Shown one piece after another: positions 1-12,000 of a stretch of 62,591 bases of DNA (positions are counted from its first letter, which is position 1; the number at the start of each line of letters is the position of its first letter). The stretch covers positions 1,715,232 through 1,777,822 of the forward strand of contig NW_004797285.1 in NCBI RefSeq assembly GCF_000002075.1, given 5' to 3'. This DNA is from Aplysia californica. Its lineage: Eukaryota. The notes under the pieces were generated by a model. That model worked only from the letters and a program-made list of their open reading frames with translations. It did no database searches and had not been told where the DNA came from. The position numbers were made by a program, and so were the translations under genes.

Positions 1-179
1 AGAAGTTCCCTCCGGTAGCAAGCGGGAGGCAAATCAAACCACAAGCCTGCTCACAAGCCTCTAGCCTAGCGCAAGACGTCCACTGATTTGCAAGCCTTCG
101 ATTAACCCTAATATCCAGTAACTTACAACCTTGTCCATTACTTAGTAACTTAGACTTCCTAAGTGAGTCTCAGTTAAAT

Positions 180-900
180 TAATCTAGATCTAGATCTAGA
201 TATCTAGAATCTACTAGGCTGGATCTACAGTTCAGAGTCTCACCTCATGTGCCTGCTTCCTCCGTGGGATTTGCAGAATCTGAAGGTTATTCGTTTGAGT
301 TGACACACGTAACGGCCGACACCATTTTGTAGCACATTTTTCACAAAGTCTCTGGGAATTGCATTGTTTGACATGACCAGTTTTGCTCACCGACTGTCCG
401 TGATGGCAACAAATTAACTTAAATGACTACACAAACGTTCCCATTCATATAATGAGCACGAAGTGTAGGGATTGAGAACGAAAGGTCGATGATAACAGAA
501 ACAGCGAGTTACCTTGACTGCTAAAACTGCATGATTTCTAAACGTCTGAAATTTAACGCGCGATCACTAAAAATCATGCACGCCAACTTCACCAAATGTC
601 ACGAAACGATGACAGACAACCTAGATCTAGAATTCTATCTCAGGTAATTTTTTACCTCGACAGGGAGCACTGATAAATTTAAGATGTTAACAATCGTAAA
701 AATTTTATCAGACTATTGAATAAGAATATTGCAAGGTGTCTGATCTAACTACATGTATATTTAGCTATTATTTGTCTACTTTCGTTTTTACACAACACTG
801 ACTTCCGTCTGCGGCCTGCGGTTTTGTGTGAACTGTGAACGAACGAATGAATGGCAGTCAATCACAGTTGCGAACCGCGCGCTTCTTCTTCTAGCCAGGC
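180..900. promoter_or_regulatory. putative, possibly bidirectional, promoter / first-exon region for MSH3 and an unidentified minus-strand gene
   Basis: Locally CpG-richer. Minus-strand donor-like sites at about 243 (CATGAG|GTGAGA) and about 126 (GTT|GTAAGT); plus-strand CAG|GTAATT at 643/644. YY1-like AAAATGG (-), ZNF143-like CAATTCCCAGA (-, about 350-362) and ETS-like ACTTCCG (about 801). The MSH3 ATG exon is preceded by an acceptor at 9002, so an upstream UTR exon is needed. Confidence 0.4.
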
Positions 901-1359
901 TACGCTGGAAGTCTAAAATCTTTGCCTTGGGAAAGCCAGTCTCATGTTAATCCACAGTATTAGTCTGTTCTATATCTAGATATCTAGATTTAGTATAGAT
1001 CTACAAGGTGTTGCATATAGATCTAGATTTCTATAGTATAAATCTCTACTAGATCTAGATCTAGATTCTAGATCTAGATATCTAATTGAAATTGCATTAA
1101 AAGGCTTGAAGGTAATTTTAGCTTCCTACTCAACTACTCAACTGTTATTATTAACGGCCAGTGGCTACATTCACGGCGTAGGCCTAGTTGGAAGGCTTCG
1201 TTCACAGCGTCCTAAATGCGGTTTGCATACGCTGTTGAGCCTACGCTCACGGCACTTCACTAAAGACTAAAGTGGTCTAAAGTCTAAAGCTTCGTTTAGA
1301 CTTAGACACGGAGCGTCCACTGCCGGTTAAAGTCAGCCGGTTTTAGTCAGTGATGACTA

Positions 1360-1892
1360 CATGCCGTTAAACGTAGAAGACACGTCTTTCTGATTGGCTG
1401 CTAATTTTAGTAATTTGATGTCATCTGGGATACCCACAGACTATTTTAAGAAGGCCGTGGAGGTACTGCATGCCGCATGTGATAAAATGACGTGTTCCCT
1501 TTATTTTAATAACATTTCGGAATATTCCAGTATTGACACCGTACGAATGTCAACAATTTCCTTCTTTGATACATTGAAGGGTTTGAGCTTCCTAATTTTC
1601 CGGTTCACTGCGTTTAGATCTATTGAATTCATTCTTTGAATGTTTCCTACTCTATTAGCTATTAGCCTCTAATCTAGATCTACCGTATAAAAGAGACTAT
1701 TCATCATCGGAGCACGCCATCATCATATTAAATGTACCCGTGTCCCTGGAAAAACATCGCACCGAAGCGTCGTGCCATCCCGTTGGCTATATTTACATAG
1801 TCACATGATCGGAGGGGTGGTCAGATCTGACGTCACACAAAATGGCCGCTGTACGTAAAAATAGTTTGCGTCCTTCTATGTTTAATCGCATG
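1360..1892 (+). mobile_element. MITE family A, copy 1 (about 20-bp TIR)
   Basis: TIR CATGCCGTTAAACGTAGAAG / CTTCTATGTTTAATCGCATG; second copy at 60697-61191. Confidence 0.8.
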
Positions 1893-2219
1893 TGGTGTGA
1901 CGACTGTGACATGTGTATATTTAATATATATATATATATAATATTTAGGCCAGCTTCAATGAAGCGCCCTTGCCCTTACAGAATTAAAGTCGGGATAGAT
2001 TTAGACATGGGAGGAAAATTGGATACGGTACATGAGAAACAAGAGGTGAGAGATGGGAAACAGAAAGTGGGATTCGGAAGATGGGACTGGTCATAAATAA
2101 ATGTCGTGTACAAATAATGACTGTATTTCACCGGGTCAGCCTGGGAACCGACGCAGAGAGAAAATGACGGGAATCAATTATTCTTATTATATATATATAA
2201 TACTGGACCAAACACCCAC

Positions 2220-2425
2220 TCCCTCTGTCTCTCCCCTTTCTCGTTCCTTCTCTTTCTCCTCCCCCTTCCCCCCCCCCTTCTCTCTCTCACCTTTTCTCTG
2301 TTGCTGTGTGTCTGTCTGTCTCTCATTTTTTTCGCCCCCCCCCCCACCCTCTCCCTCTCTCTTTCTCTCCCCCCCCCCCCCACCTCTCTCTCTCTCTCTA
2401 TAGTCTTTCTCACACACACACACGC
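2220..2425. repeat. pyrimidine-rich low-complexity tract with (CT)n, (C)n and (CA)n
   Basis: Seen directly; it generates several spurious ORFs. Confidence 0.9.
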
Positions 2426-2713
2426 ACATTTCACTGCCCACAGACAAAATTACACACTTATAACTCGAGATCGCTGGAACGTTTGTTTACTCTCGTATAG
2501 AGATCTATCCTGTCCCTGTCGGATTATGCGATTGTGCGGCCTTATTTTTTCGCGTAATTCCACATTTACATAATTTTGGATTCTCCACGTTTTTTCTTTT
2601 TTTTTTTTCATTTACAAAGAATTATTTAGCTCCTCCCCTTGTGACTATTTTAGCGGATATGGGAGCACCCCCAGACAGAAAAGCACGCAGAAGACGTAGA
2701 GGTGGACCGAAAG

Positions 2714-2919
2714 CAGGGTTGGTGATTTTTTTGATTTTTTAAAAAAAATCGATTTTTTAAATTTAAATCAGATTTTTTTTATTAAAAAAAAAATGTCGAC
2801 ACAGTTTGGGATTTTTGGTTGCTAAAAGTATGTTCTTTTAGTGCAAAATGCATTGTCTTAATTTAACTAATGATTAAATTAAGCAACCTCAAAAGAAAGC
2901 CTTAATCTGCTATATAATA

Positions 2920-2956
<37 letters not shown>

Positions 2957-3968
2957 TGAATTATGGCTACAGACAAAAAATGAAGAAAATGTCAGTCTAA
3001 AAGGAAGGGGTAGGGGGGGGGGGGTAATTATGCATAGATAAACTTGCATTTTATTACAGTGTGTGTGTGTGTGCACGCGCTTGTGTTTGTCTAAAAAGAA
3101 AAAGAAAATGTTAATTTCAATAATGAAAAAAAAGTAAATTGAATGCTGTATTATTTTAGTGACAGGGGGGAAAGCAGACTTTTAAGCATGATTTTATTAG
3201 TCTACTAAACCTTATATACTGTTTTATAAAACCAAGGAAAGGAATTCTGAATATTTAAAGATGTAAAAACAGAATACATTTTTTTAAAGTGATTTAAATC
3301 ACTGAGTTTTATTTTTATAATCAAGTTGATTTAAAAATTTTTAAAAATAAACTGATTTAAATCGACCTGATTTAAATCAACCCAACCCTGATTTCAATTA
3401 TGAAAAAAAAGTCAATTGAATACACTGTATTATTTTACTGTAAAATAATACAGTATTCAATTTACTTTTTTTCCCATAATTGAAATCAGAGCTGGGTTGA
3501 TTTAAATCAGTTGATTTTTTTTATATTTCAATCAACTTGATTTTAAAAATAAAAATCAAGGAAAGGAATTCTGAATGTTCAAATATGTAAATACTGAATA
3601 CATTTGTTAAAAAGTGATTTAAATCACTGATTTTTATTTTAAAAATCAAGTTGATTGAAATATAAAAAAAATCAACTGATTTAAATCAACCCAGCTCTGA
3701 TTTCAATTATGGGAAAAAAAGTAAATTGAATACTGTATTATTTTACAGTGAAAGGTGGGAAAGCAGACTTTTAAACATGAATTATATTAGTCTACTTAAC
3801 CTTATATCTGTTTTATGAAACCAAGGAAGGGAATTCTGAATGTTGAAATATGTAAAAGCTGAATAAAAATAATTTTTTTAAAAAGTGATTTAAATCACTG
3901 ATTTTTATCCAAAAAATCAAGTTGATTTAAATTTAAAAAATCAACTGATTTAAATCAACCCAACCCTG
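2714..3968. mobile_element. non-autonomous hAT-type element with triplicated 3' end
   Basis: TIR CAGGGTTGG / CCAACCCTG; perfect 8-bp TSD ACCGAAAG (2706-2713, 3969-3976); repeated GATTTAAATC subterminal palindromes. Confidence 0.9.
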
Positions 3969-5117
3969 ACCGAAAGGTGCCGATAGTTGGGCTAGCCCAA
4001 ACCGTCTCGCGCAAGTCTCATTTTGATGACAGGATCCAAACTAAAGGGAAGTAATCAACTTAATAAGTCTCATTTAAGGTTATTTCCCTTGTTAGAAGAT
4101 CTTGGATAGCCTAATGGGTTAGGGATTTTGTTCCTTGAGCATGTTCAGTTTTTCAACCCATCAAAAGTTATGTCTGCTGATGTTTCATGTTTGACAGATG
4201 TCCCTGGTTTTAGTGATGTGCCAACCACAGAGGTCCAGATGTCTTTTTCTTTTTACATTTTTCTTTCCTCTATAGATCTACAGCTGAAAGTTACCGAGAT
4301 TGGTAATTCTTCTTGAAAAAGTGCAAAACATGTCGCGAATGGCGTTACGGTAACTTGCATAATTTTTGCATAATTTTGCTTTTTTCTTGCATAATTTGGC
4401 CATCTAAATTTGCATAACTGCGGGGACAGTATATTGCTGGCCGTCACATGCTAACACAAGGTCGCTCCCAAGTCTCGACCGGACGCAAGATAGGGCAATT
4501 GAAACATCTTGGTGTGTATACATTTTTGTCATTATGTTCCTAATGCGTTGTTGCGTAATTGAGAGTTCGTCGTTTTTCCCTTACACTGGCGAGCTCTGAG
4601 CCAGAGCTCAGTGTTAGAGGAAATAACGAATGGTCGATCGGTCAAGGATCACTGGGCTTTGTTTTCCTTTATCTCTAGGGTTGGAACGCTTGAAGCAGGC
4701 CAAAATATTAAATATTCGTCACTGTCGTCACTGGCTTAAACCGGCAGTGGACATTCCGTCTTAACGAAGCTTGAGTGCCATGAATGTAGCCTCAACAGCG
4801 CCTGCAAACTGCACTCAGGGCGCTGTAAACGAAGCCTGCCAACTACGTTTACAGCGCCGTGAACGTCGCCACTACATATTATTAATTAGGTCTGTTGTCT
4901 GTTGTTGGTACTGACTGCTGTTACTGTATTACTTATAGGCTCATTCAATATCAATACCAATGGGCGTGAGTGGCAGTGGCGGTGATGATAGTGGTTGTTG
5001 TGCCCGAGCAGTAGGCCAATCTCCACAGTCTAGACTGGCTTCTAAGGCAAAATAGCCTATAAAAAGGCAGGCCTACTTTGAATTATTAGGAAAGAAGGTT
5101 TAGGGGGGGGGGGTGTA

Positions 5118-5883
5118 ACTATACAGACCCAGTAACCGGGAAAGTCACAAAGTATACAGACCTGGTAGGGGAAATCTTTTGTGATTGCGGAAAGTTTCAA
5201 CGCACTTTTGACTCACTCAGGGTAGACCTTGATCTAGGTTCTTTTACATCTATGGCCTAGGTCTATATCTAGACAGACAGACATAAATCATTGATCTAGT
5301 TTCGAGGCCTAGACCTAAATGAAGATTGGGGATATCTTTTCGATCGTTTTTCCTCCGTTTTGGAGTTGGAGGAATCAATAAGACATTTGAAGAAAAGACC
5401 GTCATATTTCAACCGAGCAGACACGCTCTCTATTTCTCTGTTTCACTTCATCTCTCTCTCTCACTCTCTCTCTATCTCTCTCTCTCTCACTTCTGTGTAT
5501 CACTCGCCTTCTCTTTCTCTTTGTTTGTCTCTGTCTTTCTTTCTCCCCCACCTACTTTCCCACTCTGTCTTTCTCTCGTTCCCTCCTGTTAACTGTGGGG
5601 CATGTGATATTTGCTAGCACTCCCCNNNNNNNNNNNNNNNNNNNNNNNNNNNNNNNNNNNNNNNNNNNNNNNNNNNNNNNNNNNNNNNNNNNNNNNNNNN
5701 NNNNNNNNNNNNNNNNNNNNNNNNNNNNNNNNNNNNNNNNNNNNNNNNNNNNNNNNNNNNNNNNNNNNNNNNNNNNNNNNNNNNNNNNNNNNGGCGCTGA
5801 AACTTTCCGAAATCACAAAAGATCTCTCCTACCGGGTCTGTATACTTCGTGACTTTGTTCCCGGTTACCGGGTCTGTATACAC
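5118..5883. mobile_element. MITE-like element with about 85-bp imperfect TIRs, spanning an N gap
   Basis: 5121-5203 (TATACAGACCCAGTAACCGGGAAAGTCAC..GGAAAGTTTCAACGC) is the reverse complement of 5794-5882. Confidence 0.65.
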
Positions 5884-7268
5884 TTGGTTTTTTTTTTTTT
5901 TACTCATTCACTTGTCTCATGTAGCCTACACGTTTTATATGAAGTGGCTAGCCTAGCCATCTAGCTGTACAACTTAAGTATGGCGAGCCTGCTGGTCTAG
6001 CCATACTTAGGTCAGGCCCTATTGACCGAAACCTGTTGAATACACAGGTCTCATTCGATCAAGTAATTATTCGGATTTAAATTGATTTCTACATAATGCA
6101 TCATGTCGGTAAGGCACCTTTTGGTTTCGTCTGAAATACAAATACTTTAGGTATTGCAAACTAATAAAAATTTATTTACAATTCAGTAGACCTATTTTTT
6201 GCTGTTTGTCAGTCTAGCCATCATTATTAAGTACGGTATTAAGTACGGCTAGCCTAGCCGCCATTAAGTACGGCTAGCAGTCTAGCCATCATTAAGTACG
6301 TTTCCCGTTTTATACTTTTTCTAGAGTAGTATTTTGCATGTTGAACACGAATATGGCCTTCATTTTTGCCGCAAATGAATTATTGAGTTATTGATGTTTA
6401 AAAACAGAACTATATTACAGTAGGACCAATGGCGTAGTAATATTTGACTTGTTTTTCTCTACATTTCACCTTGATTTGATATTTTGGGAATTAGGATTGA
6501 AATTTACTTGAAAACAATTGAATTGCAAGGGTTTTAGTGGCGTTATGTTGTGTGGCAGGTTTAGCCCTCAGATCAGTGCACTTGTGTGTGGGTGCAAAAG
6601 TAAAAATTTACCAGAAAGAATTTTTAGAATCTAGATCTACAAGAGTGGAAGTTTCTTGGTGATCTTTAGATTCTATGTGATAAAATAGTATTTATAATAA
6701 TTTAGAGTCTACATTTTATTCAGATTCTTCTTGTTTCTACATTACAGCTTGTTCACTTTCGTCTGTTCACATGAAAAAAATTATATCTCATTAATTTACC
6801 TCTATGCCCACTAAACTTTCCATGGCACTTCTGCAGGCCAGTGACCAAATAAAACTTAAAAAAAAAAAAATCTTGATCATGTAAAAAAAGTTTTTATCTT
6901 TGGGCCCTATTAAAAACCGCTCTTTGGGTGCATACACAGGATGACTGAAATAAATGACTTACAGTAACCTTGCCTTCAACTCACTCATTTTCAGACAGCG
7001 ACACCACCCTGCCCCGGTGTAAGTTTGTATTTATTTCGTCCTCCCCACTGTCTCTAGACGTTTCCACAGGCTCCATGTGAGTCTCGAAATATTTCATTGG
7101 GCAAACGTTAAAGTGTAGTGTTGAGGAAAATATTTTTAAAAATTTAATGTTTTTTTAGGTTTTTACTTTAATACTATAAATCCCCTATTATTTTTTTGAC
7201 TGCTTACATCAAAGAAAACGTGTCGGGGGGGGGGGGGGGGGTCCCACTGAGCGCCTAATTTATCGTGT

Positions 7269-8737
7269 CAGGGTCACGGAAGTCAGTTCCCTGTCGCAGC
7301 TCTGATTTTTGGTACTTTTCAACGTAAAATTTAAGGTGTATTCATGTACTTGTGGTAATTATCATTTAATGCTCTCAAAGCACGCATTTCTGCTCTTGAG
7401 ATTCAAAAAAGAATGGACACTATAACTTGTCTTGTTATTTTTGTTAGAAATAGAAGCACTGAAGTCGGCAATACTAAATTGTGAAATTTTTTCGACAAGT
7501 GAATGAAAAAATAAACCAATATAAAAATTAAAAAACGGCTTTACAAAATTTGACAAACTTTTGGAACATGAACAACATAACGTTGATGGAGATACTCACA
7601 AAAGATTGTATCTGCGCAGATGATAGAAAGCTGTATCCACATTACACATAATTCACTAAGAAGTAGTTCCTTCATATACTCGTCTAATTCTAATACAATC
7701 ATGAATATCTGCATATTTTCTCTAAAATTTATAAAATTTACAATGTGGTCTCTCTACCCTGAGAAGTGCAAATCGATTTTAATGCTAGAATACATCTAAA
7801 ATGCAAAACGTGAACTATATTTGTTATCTGTAAAAATTCCTTACCTTTCTTTTAAATAAAATGTTAAGTCTCTAGGTTTTGTTTTTGTATGTTGACTGAA
7901 AGACAGGGATAACTTGTAGTAACTGGGTTTTCAGAATAATTTCTAACTTTCCAATGACACTGAATCAGCACCAGGATTTTTCAGCTTTTATTTCTGTTTC
8001 TATGACCATTTGCAAAGACTGACAATGTTCTGATTTCTTTAAATTCTTTAGTGCCCACATATATTTCTGACACAAAAACTAAGAATGAATGTAGTAGCTG
8101 TCATTGTTTATATTCTATACAAGAAGTTTATCTCTACTCACCTTAAAATGTATATAATATATATTTACAGTTTTTTGTTTTAAAAAGATTACATATATAT
8201 ATCTTTCTTAGAGTAGCAGGCTGCCACAGACTCGGCATAATTCATGAACAAACACAGAGTGTCTTTCTCTCGTGTATTTAATGGTACAACAAGAGCCAAC
8301 TCTGAGTGTTTTATGTAAAAAAGTACAGATGTGCAACTTTTTTCTCTTATAACTTGACTATTACTACCTGCGCAGATTTAGCCTAAGATTTCTGATTTTA
8401 AAAGACAGGATGATTTATAGTCAGTTAAATACAGATTTTGGAGAGATCAGTTGAGCCATTTTTAAATATCATTCATTTATTCATTAGTAAGTAGTGTAGT
8501 TAAAAATTGGACAAATTGGGTACTCTACAAACTCTTGTCTAGAACAAAAACTAAGTCACATAAATTAACCATTCCAACGCAGAATAAATCTCAAGACATT
8601 GAGCTTTTTATTGATTAGTGTAATGGTTTGCTGTGTTGGATGGGGAAGCACATATGTTTTCAAAAGTAGACAAAAATGTGAACTTCTTAACCAACACCGG
8701 CAAAGTCCCTTTGGGGCTTATTGACCCCGTGACCCTG
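7269..8737. mobile_element. non-autonomous DNA transposon (CAGGG termini)
   Basis: TIR CAGGGTCACGGAAGTCA / TGACCCCGTGACCCTG; AT-rich interior; no clear TSD. Confidence 0.55.
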
Positions 8738-9003
8738 AGCTGGGGAGTTCCGGGGGGGCTGCTGAGTTACCCTAACTAAAAGTAACAGATTCGGACGAAA
8801 AGTGACGCTGTGACGTGTGCATTGTAAAACTCAATGAAACTGTACAATGTTTTCCCCAGATTGGATCACTGCGATGTGTGAGCTGGCCGACGCATTTGCT
8901 TTTAGAAGCTATACCCTCTTCAGTGACTTCACTTTATTTTAGAGGTTTTGTTTAAACATTTTACTTTTTCATAACAAGTCTTATAACTGTCTTCTTCAAC
9001 AGG

Positions 9004-12000
9004 ATGCCTTCTAGTCGGAAAGCTGCAGCTCAAGAGAATAAAGTGCAAGTCACTTTATCAAAGTTCTTTTCCTCTGCTGGTCCAAAGAAAACAAAGAGTG
9101 GCCCTGTCATAAGTACAGATCAGAATGATGATTTCCAGGTGAGGTTAGATTGACCATGGTAGGCTACAGATAGAGTGCTTTCATGTTATTTTCTGCAGTG
9201 TCAAATTTTTTTCTCCAGTTATTATTGAAAATGAGAACCTCGTTGAGTAACGGATATCATAGGCCTCAGGCTTGGAGGGAAAACATTCCCTATACAGTAG
9301 AGCACACTATACTATAAAGAAAACTTTTGTAAAGGACTGAAGGAAATAAAAAACACATTTCTTTGCCCCTTTATTTTCTCGCTTTTTGTCATTTATATTT
9401 TGACGCATTTAGCGGACATACGATAACGAACTGACAGCTGTAACGAACCTATTTTCTTGCCCAACATGTCTTTTTCCTTCTGAAGTAACGAACCAGCCCA
9501 TCTCTATGAGTTGATCGAACCAAGAGTTTCCCAACTGCAATGCGAGTCTGCCTACACAGTGACTACACATTGCCCACAAAGAGAGAAAAAAATGGAGCAA
9601 AGAAATGTTATGTTTATTTCCGTCAGTTATTTACAAAAGTGTTCTTTATAGGTGTGCTCTACTGTATTTTTAAAAGATAGACAGTGATCTCCATTCTAAT
9701 GAAACGTAAATTTACTTTAAAAAGGTTACTGAAACCAAGTTAATGGGTAGTTGGCGGGTGCTCTGGTATGGCTTGCTCCTTTTCTATCTTCTGTCGTCTT
9801 TGTCTCTCCTTTTTTTGTATTTGTTACTCTCCTGTAATGACTTATAATTATATGACCTAATTGTGTCGCAAGTGCCGTAAAACTCTTACTAAAACAGACC
9901 AAGTTGCAAAAACAAGATTGAAGAATATTAACTTGTTGTATCATTTGGAAAGGTGAAACCTGTAATAATTTACTTGTTTTCGGATTTTTACCAATGTCCC
10001 TGTCTTGTGGTGTGAACATGGTGAATTATCTTCTTTTATTACCTTCATGCCAGTTGTGGTATGAAATGTATCCAAGACTTTCAAGCAAAAGTAAATTAAA
10101 TGTACAATACTGTGTGAAAGAAATGATAAGGTTTGCTATATTACCTCTGTTATAATTTTTCATACAATGGGTTAGCTTCCACTTATATGAATAATTATGT
10201 TTTTCAGGTCATTGATGCTAAAGCAACTAAAAGGAAGTCGCCAAATGATGCTGATGACCTCATCAAAACTTCAAGCAAAAAGCCACGTCCACAAAAATCC
10301 TCAACGTCTTCATCAGGTGGACAGTCTTCCAAGAAGTCCTCTGAAGAGTTGATTGAACAATCTATTTCACCTGGAAGTTCGCAAGACGCTAATGGTCTCA
10401 CAGAGTCAAAAAAGTCAAGTGATACATCTAGTTCGAAGACAATATCAGCATCTGAGAAACTGCAAAAGTTCAACTTGGAGGAAAATGAGGAGAAAGTATG
10501 TGTGTCTGATAAAGTTGTTACTTCTAAAAATTGCCCTGTCATTGACTTTACTCCCTGTGGAGACGTTGTTCCTCCTGAAGTCATTCTGAATTCAGACAGT
10601 GAGGAAGAAGACAAATCGTCATCATCATCATCGAAACGAACAGCATCTTCCAAGAAGAAGAGCTCAGCTTCTTTCTTAAGTCAGTTTGCCCCAAACAAAA
10701 ACAAAAAGACTGGTTCGGTAGCTGTGAAATATACACCTCTTGAGCAGCAGTTTGTGGACATCAAAGCCCAATACCCAGATGCTCTGTTACTTGTGGAATG
10801 TGGGTACAAATACAGATTTTTTGGTGAGGATGCTGAGGTGAGTTTGGATTATTTATGTTTGTTTTTTTAGTACATGGTCTGCCGTCTTATAAGTGATATA
10901 TGTACATCTGTCTGATTATGTCTTTGATGAAATTATGTTTAGAGCCTGTAGTCAATCACTGACTTAGATTATTGGTCACTTATGAAATGGAAAGAATTCT
11001 GGTTCAGCAAAAATATGATACAGTAAAAGTATGTGCCCAGTTTTGACTTGTACTTTACGTCACTTTTTGTTATGGCATCTGACATCATGATACTGTTGCC
11101 ACAAGATATCAATTCAAGTAACAGATTCTGTGATTCTCATCTGAAAAAACAAATATTGCAAGTGCCTGGAGAGTCCTGAGCACACGAATGATTGTTGAGA
11201 CAAAGGGTCACTTGCTCTTCATGATTTTCACTCAATCAATTTAAATTATTGTAATCACTATCATATTGTCATACTGTGATCCAGAATAAACTGAAATCAG
11301 CAAAGTGTTCTGTGGATTATTATTTTTTTCCTTTGATTGTATTTTATTTCTTGTCCTTCACAGACAGCAGCCAAAGTCCTAAAAATATTCTGTCATCTTG
11401 ACCACAATTTTATGACAGCCAGTATTCCAGTACATCGCCTCTTTGTACATGTGAGGCGATTGGTTTCTGCTGGCCATAAGGTATAATAATTTGGAATTGC
11501 TAAAGAAAAATAAGTGTTCAAATTCATTTTAAAAACTTTTTGATTAATTAAATTGTGCTTATATTTATCAATGCTCATACTTGCTTTTGATCATGTAAGG
11601 AATGTAAACGTAACGTGTGTTAATTGCAATGACATTCTAACAATCAAGGTGGTCAGTACTTTAGAACTCTGCTTAAGAACCTGATGTGCCTAAGAACTGG
11701 GTTTAACTACAGTAACTAGATTTTTTTTCTCTAAGAGCCTGTTCCAAAAATAAAACTCTCTTTAGAACCTGATCTGAGCTCAGAGCAGTTAACTTGTCTG
11801 AGCTGCTTTAATGTGCTTTGTGTAAGTTGAGGTGAAGAGTGAGGGGTTAAGGTGGGCTTGCTGACAGAAAAATCTCCTGCAGACTTACACAGAACATTAC
11901 TTAAATATGCGTGTGAGCTCTGCTGGTGCTGTTTCATTGTTTCAGTATGCTGTCTGATCATTGTGGCAAAGTTGTGTTATAAAGATTCACTCTGAAGCTT

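Larger units (their letters stand above)
1160..4875. mobile_element. degenerate long-inverted-repeat (foldback-like) element; left arm interrupted by a MITE
   Basis: About 1160-1358 plus 1895-1958 is the diverged reverse complement of about 4690-4873 (e.g. GTCCACTGCCGGTT vs AACCGGCAGTGGAC; GTGACGACTGTGAC vs GTCACTGTCGTCAC). Confidence 0.6.

Noticed and set aside
2101-2573. Several overlapping ORFs
   Set aside because: Translations of CT, C and CA simple repeats.
5589-5964. ORFs containing X runs (also near 19389-19488 and 48103-48245)
   Set aside because: Artefacts of N gaps.
6215-6300. Four ATTAAGTACG repeats with short spacers, superficially CRISPR-like
   Set aside because: Repeats are too short, spacers are related to each other and irregular, the context is eukaryotic and there are no cas genes; this looks like local slippage duplication.
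10204-10653. 149-aa minus-strand ORF
   Set aside because: Antisense shadow of low-complexity MSH3 exon 2.
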